A stretch of DNA of 64,000 bases from Candidatus Woesearchaeota archaeon (GTDB taxonomy: Archaea; Nanobdellota; Nanobdellia; Woesearchaeales; GW2011-AR15), in the NCBI GenBank assembly GCA_016935095.1, contig JAFGRO010000029.1, forward strand, positions 7,313-71,312, written 5' to 3'. Position 1 is the first letter of the stretch; every line of letters begins with the position of its first letter. This document shows, in pieces, positions 1-9,703 of the stretch. Made by a program: the position numbers and the translations under genes. The notes beneath the pieces are model-generated. The model did no database searches. It was given only the letters and a program-made list of their open reading frames with translations, and was not told the DNA's origin.

Positions 1-5
1 TTTAC

Positions 6-1682
6 ATGACAATCTATATGAGAGTCAACCCTATACTGGAGAACGCAATGTATTTTGCATCCGAGCACCTGAACGGCCCTCTTGGCAAAGATTTAAAACA
101 ATGTCTATGGCTTGTTGATAATGAAAAGGTAGGTTCTTTAGAGGATTCTATACAATATTTTATTCCTTTATGGATTAAAAGGAACAAGGATTTTGTTAAA
201 TCTATTTTAATACTGCACTCAGCACTAGAGCAGCCAAGCAAAGAAGACCAGGCAAGGATACTTGACAAATCACTGGATATGATTCTTGATTCCACATATG
301 AAAAAATGAAGCATTATGCCCATGACTTACAGACTCCTGTCACGATATTACATACTTTCGGCATGATGCTTCCTCTAATCGGCCTGATTGCATTTCCAAT
401 GCTAAGCGTATTTATGTTCCAGTCAATAAAAATCTCCCATCTGTTTTTTGGTTATATTATAATAATGCCGATGCTGTTGCTCTTTTTTACAAGAAGGATT
501 ATTGCCAAGCGCCCGGGTGCTTTTTCTTATCCGGACATTACTCATAACCCGTATGTTCCTCCAGATGGCACGTATCGCTTTAAGATAAAAGACAAGAGTT
601 ATTTACTCCCTGCGCTAACTGTAGCTTTATTAATAGGGTTCCTTGTAATTGTTCCAGGGGTATATCATGTTGTGTTTTATACTGCCCCTGCAATGATTGA
701 AAACCAAAAAAAACTGATGACAGGAAGCAAACAAATCCCGAAGAACCTTGAAAATGAATATGAGTTAACAAGCATATTAATGACTCTCACAATACCCCTG
801 GGAATAGGTCTTGCAATTGCATTGTATTTCTATCTCAAAAGCATACAAAAACTAAAGATAAGGAATGAAGTTATTGAAATTGAAGATGATTTAGGGGGAG
901 CATTATTCCAGTTTTCCAACCAGTTTACTGAAAGAATACCAATTGAAGAAGCTGTCCAGAACTTTGTAAATGAGTATAATCTTTTAAACCTTAAACAAAG
1001 GAGCATCTTTCAGTTTTTTTCAAGTGTGCTGGACAGGATGCAACAGGAAGGTGTAACATTTTACCAGTCAATTTTCCAGCCAAAACTGGGAATAATTATC
1101 AGGTATCCCTCTATTTTATTAAAAGAGATTACATGGATTATAAGCGAAGGCGCTAAAAAGGGTTCTTCCATATTATACAATATTCTTATTAAAATATCAA
1201 CTTATCTTGACAATACAAAAAAAATCAAAGAATTAATTTATGACCTGCTGACTGAGACTGTAGCATCTGTCAATACGCAGGCAAAAATATTAAGCCCTTT
1301 TATTGCAGCAATAGTCGGCTCTTTGACAGCAGTTATCATAAGAGCATTATGGATTATGTCACAAAGATTAGAAGAGATTATGAAATCACTGCAGATGGGT
1401 ATGGCGGGTGTCCAGGATTCAACATCTTTTTTCGGAGATTTTGTTGATTTTACAAGAATTGTGCCTCCAACTGTTTTCCAGATTTTAGTCGGTATTTACA
1501 TGGTTGAAACAGTTGTGTTGTTGTCCTTATTGGCTAACGGCGTTGAAAACGGGTTTGATAAAGTCTCTAGAGATGTAACTATTGCAAGGAACATGTTTAT
1601 AGCGATTACTGTTTATACAATTGTAACGATTATAGGCTCATATGCTTTAAATTCATTAATCCAGACAGGAACAGCATTGTAA
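6..1682 (+). CDS. Type IV pilus/archaellum membrane platform protein (TadC/FlaJ-like), probably 5'-truncated by the window edge
   Basis: 558-aa ORF with two T2SSF-like repeats (helical cytoplasmic domain followed by TM hairpins); the frame is open to the window start; pilin and ATPase genes nearby. Confidence 0.75.
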   Translation: MTIYMRVNPILENAMYFASEHLNGPLGKDLKQCLWLVDNEKVGSLEDSIQYFIPLWIKRNKDFVKSILILHSALEQPSKEDQARILDKSLDMILDSTYEKMKHYAHDLQTPVTILHTFGMMLPLIGLIAFPMLSVFMFQSIKISHLFFGYIIIMPMLLLFFTRRIIAKRPGAFSYPDITHNPYVPPDGTYRFKIKDKSYLLPALTVALLIGFLVIVPGVYHVVFYTAPAMIENQKKLMTGSKQIPKNLENEYELTSILMTLTIPLGIGLAIALYFYLKSIQKLKIRNEVIEIEDDLGGALFQFSNQFTERIPIEEAVQNFVNEYNLLNLKQRSIFQFFSSVLDRMQQEGVTFYQSIFQPKLGIIIRYPSILLKEITWIISEGAKKGSSILYNILIKISTYLDNTKKIKELIYDLLTETVASVNTQAKILSPFIAAIVGSLTAVIIRALWIMSQRLEEIMKSLQMGMAGVQDSTSFFGDFVDFTRIVPPTVFQILVGIYMVETVVLLSLLANGVENGFDKVSRDVTIARNMFIAITVYTIVTIIGSYALNSLIQTGTAL

Positions 1683-1684
1683 AG

Positions 1685-2041
1685 ATGGAAAATATATTTT
1701 TCAAATACGGGATTGTACTGGTGGGCGTGGTTGTAATCATGCTGTTAATCAGCTTTGCATTCTCAGCTTTAGATAACACTGTTAAAATCCCTGAAAAAGA
1801 AGCTGAGAAGATTTCAGGTGAAAAACAAAGTGTAATCATCGAAATAGAAAAACTATGCGATAACTGCGTAAAAGAAAAAATTAACCAGGACTGCTATATT
1901 AAAGAAATTGAAACTGATTCAGAAATAATACAAAATGATTTCAGTGAGGGTGTTGCGCTTCCTGAAAACTTATCCCGGGGAAAAAATATTATAAAGGTAA
2001 AATCAGAGGATAATGTTTGCAAAGTTATTAAGATGGAGTAA
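1685..2041 (+). CDS. Pilin-like small membrane-anchored protein
   Basis: N-terminal hydrophobic helix, CxxC...C pattern typical of DPANN pilin-like proteins; starts 2 nt after the platform gene. Confidence 0.6.
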   Translation: MENIFFKYGIVLVGVVVIMLLISFAFSALDNTVKIPEKEAEKISGEKQSVIIEIEKLCDNCVKEKINQDCYIKEIETDSEIIQNDFSEGVALPENLSRGKNIIKVKSEDNVCKVIKME

Positions 2042-2234
2042 ATTATTCTGAACTTTTTTTATTAAATTAATTAAAAAGAAAAGAATATTTAAATTTCAGG
2101 ATTAGTTTTGTTATTCTGTATCAGTGGAATGAGAATGGTTTGTAAATCCGATGGTTTTTAGATATCAGGGGTTTTCTAATTTAAAGAAAAGGGGAGTTCC
2201 GCATACTATTGTATCTGAATGGCTTTCTACTTAT

Positions 2235-2444
2235 CTATATTTTGAATCCAATCTGTCTTTCATATGAATTCAAAAGTTCACATTTGGCTGCTGACCAAAG
2301 GCCAAAAACATTTGCTCCCTTTTCTTCCATAAGAATATATATGCTTACAGTAGTCATCTCTTCAACATCTAATTTTGAATAAGTTTTATCTATGGATTTG
2401 CTTTTCACTTTATTACCTTTTTCAGTTTGCTTTTGATGAAACAT
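2235..2444 (-). CDS. Small hypothetical protein
   Basis: 69-aa ORF, last of a co-oriented string of short ORFs; no recognisable motif. Confidence 0.3.
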   Translation of the reverse strand: MFHQKQTEKGNKVKSKSIDKTYSKLDVEEMTTVSIYILMEEKGANVFGLWSAAKCELLNSYERQIGFKI

Positions 2445-2469
2445 GTTTTTGTCAAATTTGTTTTTTTAA

Positions 2470-2637
2470 TCACTTGTTTTTAAGCCATATTTTTAATTTA
2501 TAATTCAGATTTCCAAAAATTGCTTTTATTAGATCAATAAAAGATACAAAAAACTCAGAGGCCAGGATAAAAAAGTCTTTCTTATTAGTCTTAGGACAAG
2601 TATAATCTATCCTACCATAATAGTTAGCTGATGACAT
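2470..2637 (-). CDS. Small hypothetical protein (55 aa, not in ORF track)
   Basis: MSSANYYGRIDYTCPKTNKKDFFILASEFFVSFIDLIKAIFGNLNYKLKIWLKNK, preceded by the SD-like AAGTGAT. Confidence 0.45.
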   Translation of the reverse strand: MSSANYYGRIDYTCPKTNKKDFFILASEFFVSFIDLIKAIFGNLNYKLKIWLKNK

Positions 2638-2835
2638 TTTTAATCACTTTTTAACTCCAATTAGTATTATCAATATCTTTCTGTGTATGATGGATTATCA
2701 TAATTATGCTTTTTATTCCTTCCATACATATAAGATATCTTTATCCTAGTCTAAGTTAGTCAGACCAGCATAAAAAATTCCAAAATACTGGGTTTCTCAT
2801 CAGATGTTTTCTGATGTTTTTGAAAATTGTTTTTT

Positions 2836-3219
2836 TCATTTTTTTACACTGATTATTAACATATTCTCCTTGATTGTTGTTGAGAGGTTCTCTAGTTTAA
2901 TAGGAGTATCTAATTTAATGAATATTGTTTTCTTATTTGATTGCACAAGTATATATTTCATTGTAGGGATAATTTTCAGATTCTCTATTGATATTTCGGA
3001 TAAAGGTATCCTGAATACAAATCCTTCACTAGTTTCAGTAGTTTCTGTTGAATTTGTGTACTCAAATTTTTTTCGATGGGAAGACCAATTCCTTTCATAG
3101 TCATTACCCCTATAATTTCCGGTTTTATGGAAGTCTCTCTTATAATTACTCATCCTCCCTTCTTCAAATAGTGATTCTGCTCCGTTCATTTTTCTCCCTT
3201 TTGATATTAGATAATTCAT
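2836..3219 (-). CDS. Hsp20/alpha-crystallin-like domain protein
   Basis: C-terminal ETSEGFVFRIPL...IKENMLIISVKK matches the Hsp20 beta-sandwich pattern. Confidence 0.6.
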   Translation of the reverse strand: MNYLISKGRKMNGAESLFEEGRMSNYKRDFHKTGNYRGNDYERNWSSHRKKFEYTNSTETTETSEGFVFRIPLSEISIENLKIIPTMKYILVQSNKKTIFIKLDTPIKLENLSTTIKENMLIISVKK

Positions 3220-3381
3220 TGTTGAGACCTATAGTTGATTATAAGTGAAAATCAGCCAATTATTTGGGCTGATGCTGTGAAAAACACAGCTGATACAGAT
3301 TATGCATCCCACTCCCTATAAAATACAATTCTATACGCATTACTTTTTGTATATGTCATCTCTATCAACTCCTTTAATTTC

Positions 3382-3501
3382 CTACACTTGTGGTTTTTTG
3401 CAGTAAGGACAGGTAATTATAAGCCCCATAACAACAAAATTATTTTTGATATTCTTTCCGCAAAACCTGCATTTTGTTATTATATCCTTATCTTCTTCCA
3501 C
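3382..3501 (-). CDS. Zinc-finger microprotein (39 aa, not in ORF track)
   Basis: GTG start; MEEDKDIITKCRFCGKNIKNNFVVMGLIITCPYCKKPQV with CxxCG and CPxC knuckles. Confidence 0.65.
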   Translation of the reverse strand: MEEDKDIITKCRFCGKNIKNNFVVMGLIITCPYCKKPQV

Positions 3502-3590
3502 AATATAATTAAGACTCAGAACTATATAAGTGTGTTATAGTTGGTTACAAGATAATATTTCTAAACACTTGTAGAATACGCAAATAGCTT

Positions 3591-4157
3591 CTAAAATAAT
3601 TTTTCAAATGAGTATTCCTTTTCACTAATTGATTCGTACAACAGGCTTAAAGGGTCAAGTGTAATAATATTCTCAACAGAGAAATTGTATGACCATTTTA
3701 TTTCCATCTGGTCAATAAATAGGGTCTCCAATTTTTTCAGAAACCTGTCTTTTTGATGGATGTCCCTAAATCCAAGCGTAATCATATAAGTTATATCATA
3801 GCCAGTTATTCTATAAGCGTGAAACACATATGGAATTTTTTTAAGTTGTGATGCAATATCAGACTCCTTCTTTGTCTTCCAGACAATTGGATTGAGTTTT
3901 ACACCTAATACCTGAATGAGATTAATTCCTATTTTCTTAAAATTAATATTTGGATAGTATCCTTCAATTATTCCTAGATCTTCAAGTTTCCTTCTTATAC
4001 GAAAGACACCTTGTTGAGAAATATTCATAGATTTTGCCATTTCTGTATCTGCTATTCTTCCTTCTAGAATTATCTTCATAAGAACTTTCTTTTCGTTGTT
4101 AGTAAGTTTTAATTTTTTATTGTTTGCAGATTTTTTCATGTTTGAAAAGAGATTCAA
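3591..4157 (-). CDS. Lrp/AsnC family transcriptional regulator
   Basis: HTH (ADTEMAKSMNISQQGVFRIRRKLEDLGIIEGY) plus RAM domain (AYRITGYD). Confidence 0.9.
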   Translation of the reverse strand: MNLFSNMKKSANNKKLKLTNNEKKVLMKIILEGRIADTEMAKSMNISQQGVFRIRRKLEDLGIIEGYYPNINFKKIGINLIQVLGVKLNPIVWKTKKESDIASQLKKIPYVFHAYRITGYDITYMITLGFRDIHQKDRFLKKLETLFIDQMEIKWSYNFSVENIITLDPLSLLYESISEKEYSFEKLF

Positions 4158-4340
4158 TTTTGTTTTGGTATTATATTCTTTTTTAATAGTTATTCATGTC
4201 CCTCTAAAAAGTGATAAGTGAGTTAAGGTTATAAATGTTCTTAAAAAAGTAATTTCAAAATTAAATAGAAGCCCATTAATTTATTGTATCAATATGTTTC
4301 TCTCAAACTCTGCTCTGAACTCCCCCTTTATTCTTTTTAT

Positions 4341-4715
4341 TCATATAATTTTTCTGCACTTCTTGCTTTTGCAGTTGCATTTCATTTTAAGTTGAGGCGG
4401 TGAGTTTATTGAATAGTCTGTGGTAAGCTCTTCTCCCTTTTTAATATCCCTAATAGCTATATCGCAGAGGTTACCTTCTTTTGTGTTTGGCTCACAAGAA
4501 TGATTCAAATACTTTTCAGGATATTGTGCCATAATGTATTTACCCTTAAAAAATACCAGATATTTTTTATATCTTGCCGGGATTTTTTTAGCCTCTTTTT
4601 CAGTTAAAATCATTGAAGCATCCCATTTCATGACAATATCTCCTTTCTTAAAATCCTTATCTGCAAAAACTCCCCTGCCCTGTATCTTTGAATCCTTGAC
4701 AATTACAGAAGACAT
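4341..4715 (-). CDS. SET-domain protein lysine methyltransferase
   Basis: GRGVFA, LNHSCEPN, GEELTTDY and post-SET CxCxxxxC motifs. Confidence 0.92.
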   Translation of the reverse strand: MSSVIVKDSKIQGRGVFADKDFKKGDIVMKWDASMILTEKEAKKIPARYKKYLVFFKGKYIMAQYPEKYLNHSCEPNTKEGNLCDIAIRDIKKGEELTTDYSINSPPQLKMKCNCKSKKCRKII

Positions 4716-5025
4716 ATATAGAAAGGATATTGCCTACTTAATCAATTTATTGGTTTAGCGGTGACATGTATCAATAAATGTTAGGTTTGTTATAAACAAT
4801 GTTGCGGAAAAAAAGAGGGAAGATAAAAAAATGCAAAAAATTGATAAAAGTTATCCCGAAAAGAGCAATAAAAACGAAAAAAATAAATATTTTATAATCA
4901 CAGAGAAAGATAATAAATTTATCAATTCCTTTAGTTCTTCTTTGCTAATTTACGCTATAGTTGAAGTTTCAAGTAGGGTTTTTAAAAAGAAAAATATTTG
5001 AATAAGGATAATTTAGAATTATAGT

Positions 5026-5457
5026 ATGAGTAAAGTTAAAATTGGAAAAAGGAACGAGTTTGTTATGTGGGCTTTATTATTACAAAATGGAATAGATGTA
5101 TATCCCTCTTTGGTTGATGATAAGGGAATAGATGGTATAGTTGGGTATAATGGAAAGCTTTTTGAAGTACAAATAAAATCTGCAGAAAATTGGTATAATC
5201 ATCGAGGAATTGCGTATGAAACCTGCAAACAAAATCCAGATAGAATTTTTATTATTTATAACTATTCAAAAAAAGAACTTAGGTTTGTGACTGGAAAGCA
5301 AATCATTAAGGAACCTGAGTGGCAGAAAACAATTAGATATCAAATTTCTCAATTGAAATGGAATAAAAAAATGCTAGATAAATATAAAGATCAGGATTTG
5401 AAAGGATTGATTTCATATATAAAGGATCCTAAATCTCCCATATTCTGCTCAAGATAA
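5026..5457 (+). CDS. PD-(D/E)xK restriction-endonuclease-like protein
   Basis: E...VDDKGID...EVQIKS catalytic motif. Confidence 0.8.
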   Translation: MSKVKIGKRNEFVMWALLLQNGIDVYPSLVDDKGIDGIVGYNGKLFEVQIKSAENWYNHRGIAYETCKQNPDRIFIIYNYSKKELRFVTGKQIIKEPEWQKTIRYQISQLKWNKKMLDKYKDQDLKGLISYIKDPKSPIFCSR

Positions 5458-5596
5458 TCTAAAAAATCATTGTAATTAAAGCCAAGTTCATCATTCAATT
5501 CATTAATCCATTCCTGCTGGGCTTTAATATGCTCCTTGACTGTAGGGTTATCTATTAAACCTCATCCTAACACATACTCATCTCTTAGTTTGCTTG

Positions 5597-6286
5597 ATTT
5601 CAATCCTTCTTAAGTTCTATTAAAACTGCTTTGATTGCAGCATTGATGAAAAAAAGGATCTTATTTCAATCCTTCTTAAGTTCTATTAAAACATCTCCCT
5701 CAAGCCTTATTATCTCTGGCTTTCCAACATTTCAATCCTTCTTAAGTTCTATTAAAACAAAACAGACAATATTGCAGCCTGTGAATTCAAATATATTTCA
5801 ATCCTTCTTAAGTTCTATTAAAACGCCTTCCTTTATCTCAGGAGGCGTGCTGCAATCGTAAATTTCAATCCTTCTTAAGTTCTATTAAAACCATATGCCT
5901 GGCATCATGCCCTTAGGTAAGAGGTATATTTCAATCCTTCTTAAGTTCTATTAAAACTAAAACCCGACGGAGGATTGATTAGAATGTTTGGCAATTTCAA
6001 TCCTTCTTAAGTTCTATTAAAACAGTCCCTGAATGCAGCGACAACATCAAGATATGGCTATTTCAATCCTTCTTAAGTTCTATTAAAACTTCAGATATTA
6101 TAACGGAATAAAGGGAAATGCACTAATTTCAATCCTTCTTAAGTTCTATTAAAACGTTCATATATAAGCAGAGTATATGCTGATAAATTCATTTCAATCC
6201 TTCTTAAGTTCTATTAAAACTTCTTTGCATTGTATAAAGGTTCAATAGACTTTAACATTTCAATCCTTCTTAAGTTCTATTAAAAC
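5597..6286 (-). CRISPR. CRISPR array, 11 identical 30-bp repeats and 10 spacers of 35-37 bp (a further 36-bp spacer and partial repeat lie at 5551-5596)
   Basis: Repeat ATTTCAATCCTTCTTAAGTTCTATTAAAAC starting at 5597, 5663, 5729, 5795, 5862, 5928, 5994, 6060, 6126, 6191, 6257; the minus-strand form ends in ATTGAAAT, like the I-B 8-nt handle. Confidence 0.98.
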
Positions 6287-6389
6287 CCGCTCATTTGAGC
6301 ATATTTTAGCTAAAAGAAAGCATATTTTTATTATTTTCCTTATTTGCCCAATCATTGAAAGCTTGTTTATTTATAAGGTCTGGGCAACA
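6287..6389 (-). promoter_or_regulatory. CRISPR leader
   Basis: AT-rich non-coding 103 bp between cas2 stop and the first repeat; TATA-like TTATAAATA on the minus strand inside a TTGCCCA/TGGGCAA inverted repeat. Confidence 0.75.
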
Positions 6390-6653
6390 TCACACAATAT
6401 TTGTAACTGGGCTTCTTTCAGTTCCTATTGTTTCTTTATCAAAAGAATATTTATTCCTGAATTTAAAAATCAATATAGAATCATTGTCTTTGTCTATCAT
6501 AGACTTAAGGCTTTTTTTGACTTTTACATAATCAGAATTAGAAAGTTCTCCTTCAAAAACAGAATTCTGTATCCAATTCATATATTGTTTCAGGAATTTA
6601 TTGATTTTGCTAACTTTGCATACATCAACATCATAGACTATAAGACAATACAT
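6390..6653 (-). CDS. cas2: CRISPR-associated endonuclease Cas2
   Basis: MYCLIVYDV...WIQNSVFEGEL; ATG overlaps the cas1 stop. Confidence 0.96.
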   Translation of the reverse strand: MYCLIVYDVDVCKVSKINKFLKQYMNWIQNSVFEGELSNSDYVKVKKSLKSMIDKDNDSILIFKFRNKYSFDKETIGTERSPVTNIV

Positions 6654-7645
6654 TACCACCACATCCTGAATGCTTCATACTGCTTTTCGCCAAGAAGGTG
6701 CTTTATCAGCTTATAACATTCAATCCTTATCAATCTTCTGTGCGAAACACGTCTTTTTAATTCAGGATGCTCTATTGTGAGCCTTAACCTGTTGTCAAAT
6801 TCCTTTATTACAAGTCTTCTTCCATTTTCATTGAGCAGGCAGCCCTTAAGTTCTTTCCTGAAATGATGCCCTTTTATCTCTTTTTTATTTACCAGCTTTA
6901 GGATTGCTCTCTGTACAATCAGCGGCTTAAACATCTCACTGAGATCAAGGGCTAATGAAAATCGCCGTTCAAACGGCTCATGAAGGTAGCTTATTGTTGG
7001 GTTGAGTTGTGTATGATAGATTTCACTTAGTACTGATGTATAAAGCATTGAGTTAAGAAAGCTAATCAAACAGTTTATCTCATTTTCAGGCGGCCTTTTT
7101 GTTCTTTTATCAAATTCAAAATCATTGGTGACTATTTCCCTGAATGTTTTGTAATATTCCTGCCAAGCCATCCCTTCAAGGTTCATTATCTCCACTATAG
7201 TATTTATGTTATCCAGCCTTAATGCGAATTTTTCGATTTTCTCCATAGTTTCTTTAACATTTTTGGAATGCTTCCTGTAATGCTCAAGCAGCCTTACAAG
7301 ATTGAAAAGAGAGGCCTTGATGAACTGTTTTGCAATAAATGTTCTTTTTTCATTGTCTATATAGTACTTTACCTGATTAACCAAAAGCGAGCCTGAAACA
7401 AGGCTTTCTTTTGGATAGAAAGAGCCTGTATAGTAGCCATAATAGTTGAAGAAGTGAATTATTATGCCTTGTTTGGATAGGTAAGTCAGCAGTTTAGTGT
7501 TTATTGTAGTTTCTCCCATGCAGTATAATGTATCAATGTTATTTATTGGAAGAGCCTTTTTTTCTTTCTCGTTCTCAAACCAGACAGTATTGTTTTTCCT
7601 TTTCAATGTTCCTGACTGGTTTATGTAAAAGCTTTGGCGTTGCAT
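6653..7645 (-). CDS. cas1: CRISPR-associated endonuclease Cas1 (type I-B)
   Basis: G-L-RKNNT start, HFFNYYGYYTGSFYP, RTKRPPENEINCLISFLN, YLHEP, LALDLSEMFKP, C-terminal MWW. Confidence 0.98.
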   Translation of the reverse strand: MQRQSFYINQSGTLKRKNNTVWFENEKEKKALPINNIDTLYCMGETTINTKLLTYLSKQGIIIHFFNYYGYYTGSFYPKESLVSGSLLVNQVKYYIDNEKRTFIAKQFIKASLFNLVRLLEHYRKHSKNVKETMEKIEKFALRLDNINTIVEIMNLEGMAWQEYYKTFREIVTNDFEFDKRTKRPPENEINCLISFLNSMLYTSVLSEIYHTQLNPTISYLHEPFERRFSLALDLSEMFKPLIVQRAILKLVNKKEIKGHHFRKELKGCLLNENGRRLVIKEFDNRLRLTIEHPELKRRVSHRRLIRIECYKLIKHLLGEKQYEAFRMWW

Positions 7646-7658
7646 TTTGTCTCATAAC

Positions 7659-8129
7659 TTATGAAAAGCACAACTCATAATAGCTGCAATTCTTGCAGTA
7701 TCTTATCCTTTTTGCTTCCGGAGGCTTGTCTTCTCTGCAAAGCAATTCTATGTTTTTTAATACCTCTAAAAGCTCTTTCTCAAGTTCTTCTGACAGCATC
7801 ACTTCCTGAAGCCTGTTGTTTTCCTTGTATTTGATTATGCCTGTTGTATTTGTGCCATGATTCTTAAGCACATAAAGATAATATAATACCTGGAATTCTG
7901 CTGCCTTAGGAGCTGTGTTTTTCTTCTTAAGCTCAAACACCTTGCCATCCCTTAGAGCATCTATCTTTATATTGTCTATCTCTATTTTTTCCTTATCGTA
8001 ATCCTCATGGTAAATCTTTCCTATCTTAACAAAATCAGATTCATGCTCGCACTTAATATTGTGGGAAAAAAGCCACAGCTTTCTTTTGCATGTGAAGTAA
8101 TAATTGATGTGAGTGGCGGTTGGGTTCAT
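7659..8129 (-). CDS. cas4: CRISPR-associated exonuclease Cas4
   Basis: INYYFTCKRKLWL, KID...ELKK, QVLYYL, CxxCSYYELC Fe-S motif. Confidence 0.96.
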   Translation of the reverse strand: MNPTATHINYYFTCKRKLWLFSHNIKCEHESDFVKIGKIYHEDYDKEKIEIDNIKIDALRDGKVFELKKKNTAPKAAEFQVLYYLYVLKNHGTNTTGIIKYKENNRLQEVMLSEELEKELLEVLKNIELLCREDKPPEAKRIRYCKNCSYYELCFS

Positions 8130-8788
8130 TTGGATTCAAAGTCGCCTTTCTCAAGATCATTGAAATACTCTTCCCTGAGCTTGTTTATTTCGTTCATTAT
8201 AGGAATAACGAGGTTTCTGTTCTCAAGAAGGTCTAGCCTTTCGCCGATATAGGTAATCCATACTCTCTGCTCAGATGTTCTGATTTGGCTTTTAATTTCT
8301 GCAAGCATTACATCCCAATCAATACCTTTTTCTGCCAATAGCAAGCAATCATCAATATCTCCTGGCCTTTCTGTAAATGTCTTGAACATAAAAATGTCTG
8401 TTGTTGAGCATAATGAAATTGAAAGATTCTTCAGTGTCCTTATTGTTTCTGCCCTTTTCATCATGCTCTTTGAGAGAATGAATCCCTTGCAGACAGTTCT
8501 TTGAAAAAGATCAATCCTATAGTCATTTCTTATAAACATCTGATTAAGGTCAATTTTCTTGTATTCTGTAGTTGGTATTTTTGATTCAAAGCCAATATTT
8601 TTTAGAAGTTTTTCCACTGTCCTGAATTCATCAGTAGAATCAACTACAATATCAACATCTTTGGTTGCAGTCTTCATCCCATGATAGAGCATTACTGCTC
8701 CGCCTATAACATAGAAATGCACTTTTTCCTTCAGAGTTTCATCTATTTCTTTGAAGAGTTTGTCAAGGTCATTAAAGCTTAATATCAT
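8126..8788 (-). CDS. Nucleotidyltransferase (DUF6036/AbiEii-like), putative toxin
   Basis: IGGAVM...TKDVDIVV Pol-beta NTase motif, RIDLF, K...R..DIDD. Confidence 0.8.
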   Translation of the reverse strand: MILSFNDLDKLFKEIDETLKEKVHFYVIGGAVMLYHGMKTATKDVDIVVDSTDEFRTVEKLLKNIGFESKIPTTEYKKIDLNQMFIRNDYRIDLFQRTVCKGFILSKSMMKRAETIRTLKNLSISLCSTTDIFMFKTFTERPGDIDDCLLLAEKGIDWDVMLAEIKSQIRTSEQRVWITYIGERLDLLENRNLVIPIMNEINKLREEYFNDLEKGDFESK

Positions 8789-9641
8789 ACATCTCAGCTC
8801 TGTCCCTTATTTCAGACAATGTCGGATAACCCTCTATTTTGTTATTTTGAATTACTTTATTAATATTGTCCAGTATCTCATGATGGATTTTTGAAAGCTC
8901 TTTTTTATACTTTACATAAAACAATGCAAGAAGGATCAGGTTTTGTATGGTTTTTTCCTTTTCACAGCGGTAAAGAGAGTGGACAAAAACTTCTTTCTTC
9001 GATAGTCTCTTTTTGGGCAGGTAATAGTTATTGTCAACTGGATAAATCTTTATTCCATAAATTCCGTAAGCAGAAAAGCCTGTTAATGCTGCATTATATT
9101 CTGCTTTTGTCGAAAAAACAATCTCCTCTTTGGTTTTGTAATAAATTACTGAACCAGGAGGGATTCTCTTATCATATGCCTTTTCATATTTTTTAAGTTC
9201 TGCAAAAAATTCTTTTAAGCCTTTCCATAACTCCCCGTTGAACAGGTATTTGCCATCAATTGTTTTTATGAAGCTCTTTCTTCTGGCAATCCTTATCTTG
9301 TAGAATATTGTGTTTGGCCTGATGCCTGTAGCCTTAGTTATTTCTTCTATGCTTCTTGGAGTGTCTAATATGTAAAGATAAAGCGTTAAGCCGCAGCCTG
9401 AGATATCATCAATAAAGCTTGATTGCCTGCTTAACTCTCGAAGAAGCAGCTGCACATGCAGTAATTCTGATGGCTCAATTGCCTTGTTTTTCAGGCTAAG
9501 AAAGCCTTTTTGCTCTAAGGATTTGATTATCCTGTATATTTGGCTTTTATCCTTGTTTAGAGCTTGAGCTATTTCTAAGACCTGTTTTTTTCCCAGGGCA
9601 ACCTGCTCAAGCAATTGTAATTCTGTCTTTGAAAAGCGCAT
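8772..9641 (-). CDS. Tandem winged-HTH protein, putative antitoxin/regulator paired with the NTase
   Basis: Two wHTH segments (IAQALNKDKSQIYRIIKSLEQKG; ITKATGIRPNTIF), TGFSAY motif; overlaps the NTase start; ATG at 9641 preferred over the TTG at 9710. Confidence 0.7.
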   Translation of the reverse strand: MRFSKTELQLLEQVALGKKQVLEIAQALNKDKSQIYRIIKSLEQKGFLSLKNKAIEPSELLHVQLLLRELSRQSSFIDDISGCGLTLYLYILDTPRSIEEITKATGIRPNTIFYKIRIARRKSFIKTIDGKYLFNGELWKGLKEFFAELKKYEKAYDKRIPPGSVIYYKTKEEIVFSTKAEYNAALTGFSAYGIYGIKIYPVDNNYYLPKKRLSKKEVFVHSLYRCEKEKTIQNLILLALFYVKYKKELSKIHHEILDNINKVIQNNKIEGYPTLSEIRDRAEMYDIKL

Positions 9642-9703
9642 AACTTTAATAAAATGCAACTTATTTATAAATATTTGGTATTTTTTTGAAGTGAAATAGT
9701 TTT

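Noticed and set aside
2121-2180. TGTAAATCCG resembling a tRNA-Tyr anticodon arm at the island edge
   Set aside because: No acceptor stem or T-loop can be built
3260-3359. Possible frameshifted ferredoxin (YRIVFYRE then GCIICISC)
   Set aside because: Too short and degenerate to support as a feature
4831-5001. 56-codon AT-rich ORF before the nuclease gene
   Set aside because: Low complexity with no motif; cannot be distinguished from chance
5631-5861. 76-aa ORF with repeated FQSFLSSIKT
   Set aside because: Translation of the CRISPR repeats
5561-6256. Self-targeting spacers
   Set aside because: No match noticed within the window by eye; a real search is needed, so no claim is made
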